Below are positions 63,700-64,000 of a stretch of DNA of 64,000 bases, piece by piece. Location: contig OW569380.1 of assembly GCA_937625935.1 (NCBI GenBank), forward strand, positions 1 through 64,000, read 5' to 3'. Each line of letters begins with the position of its first letter. The stretch's first letter is position 1. Below the pieces are notes generated by a model. That model was given only the letters and a program-made list of their open reading frames with translations. It searched no databases and was not told where the DNA came from. The DNA is from Tetramitus jugosus. Its lineage: Eukaryota; Protista; Heterolobosea. Position numbers and translations under genes: made by a program.

Positions 63700-64000
63700 A
63701 TATATTGAGGATAATACGAATGAATAGAACGAAACTAAAAATAATACAAAACGATACCAAAGGATACAAGCAACTCTAATAATGAGTATAAAACTCGATA
63801 TAGTAAAGCTGAGCATAGTCCCTATATAGGGACTGGTATATTAATGCTTAACTCGAAATAGTAATCGATATCAAGTTTATTGAAGCATAGCTTCAATAAA
63901 TATAGAAATAATAATAAGTATGAGAAATGGATATACTTTATAGCACAGCGTTACTATCAATCCCAGTCGTAGTTTATTATACTGGATCATTAATGATCCA

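Larger units (their letters stand above)
52780..64000. mobile_element. Endogenous double-jelly-roll virus-like element (Polinton-like virus / virophage-like); right end lies beyond the window
   Basis: Abrupt shift to AT-rich, densely packed intronless ORFs; MCP, rve integrase, HUH, AEP and SF3 helicase; left boundary only approximate (between ~52260 and 52810). Confidence 0.88.

Noticed and set aside
63955-63990. CRESS-type nonanucleotide origin (NANTATTAC)
   Set aside because: The closest match, TTTATTATAC, does not fit the consensus.

Overview
This window is the left end of a chromosome from an intron-poor microbial eukaryote using the standard code. Gene style suggests a heterolobosean-like amoeba, which is inference only. 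It opens with a ~1.1 kb (CCCAAA)n/(TTTGGG)n telomere. A ~12 kb subtelomere follows, containing a 39-bp palindromic array, a decayed Mutator-like transposase, several pseudogenes and an intact minimal class II ribonucleotide reductase. About 27 kb of compact host genes come next (La, CDK, TMCO1, AlaRS, ELMOD, cystatin, PepE and several prokaryote-like genes), then a decayed integrase and tandem-repeat island (39.4-45.6 kb) and four more host genes. From ~52.8 kb to the window end lies an AT-rich, intronless, apparently intact endogenous virus-like element. It encodes a double-jelly-roll-type major capsid protein, an rve integrase, a stand-alone HUH (Rep-like) endonuclease, an AEP primase-polymerase and a D5/SF3-type helicase. 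Most of its transcription units end in a palindrome, reminiscent of the Mimivirus/virophage 'hairpin rule'. Its replication genes are bracketed by two inverted, origin-like ~155-bp repeats. This element is the best candidate for an undescribed system. All family calls come from motif recognition, not database searches.
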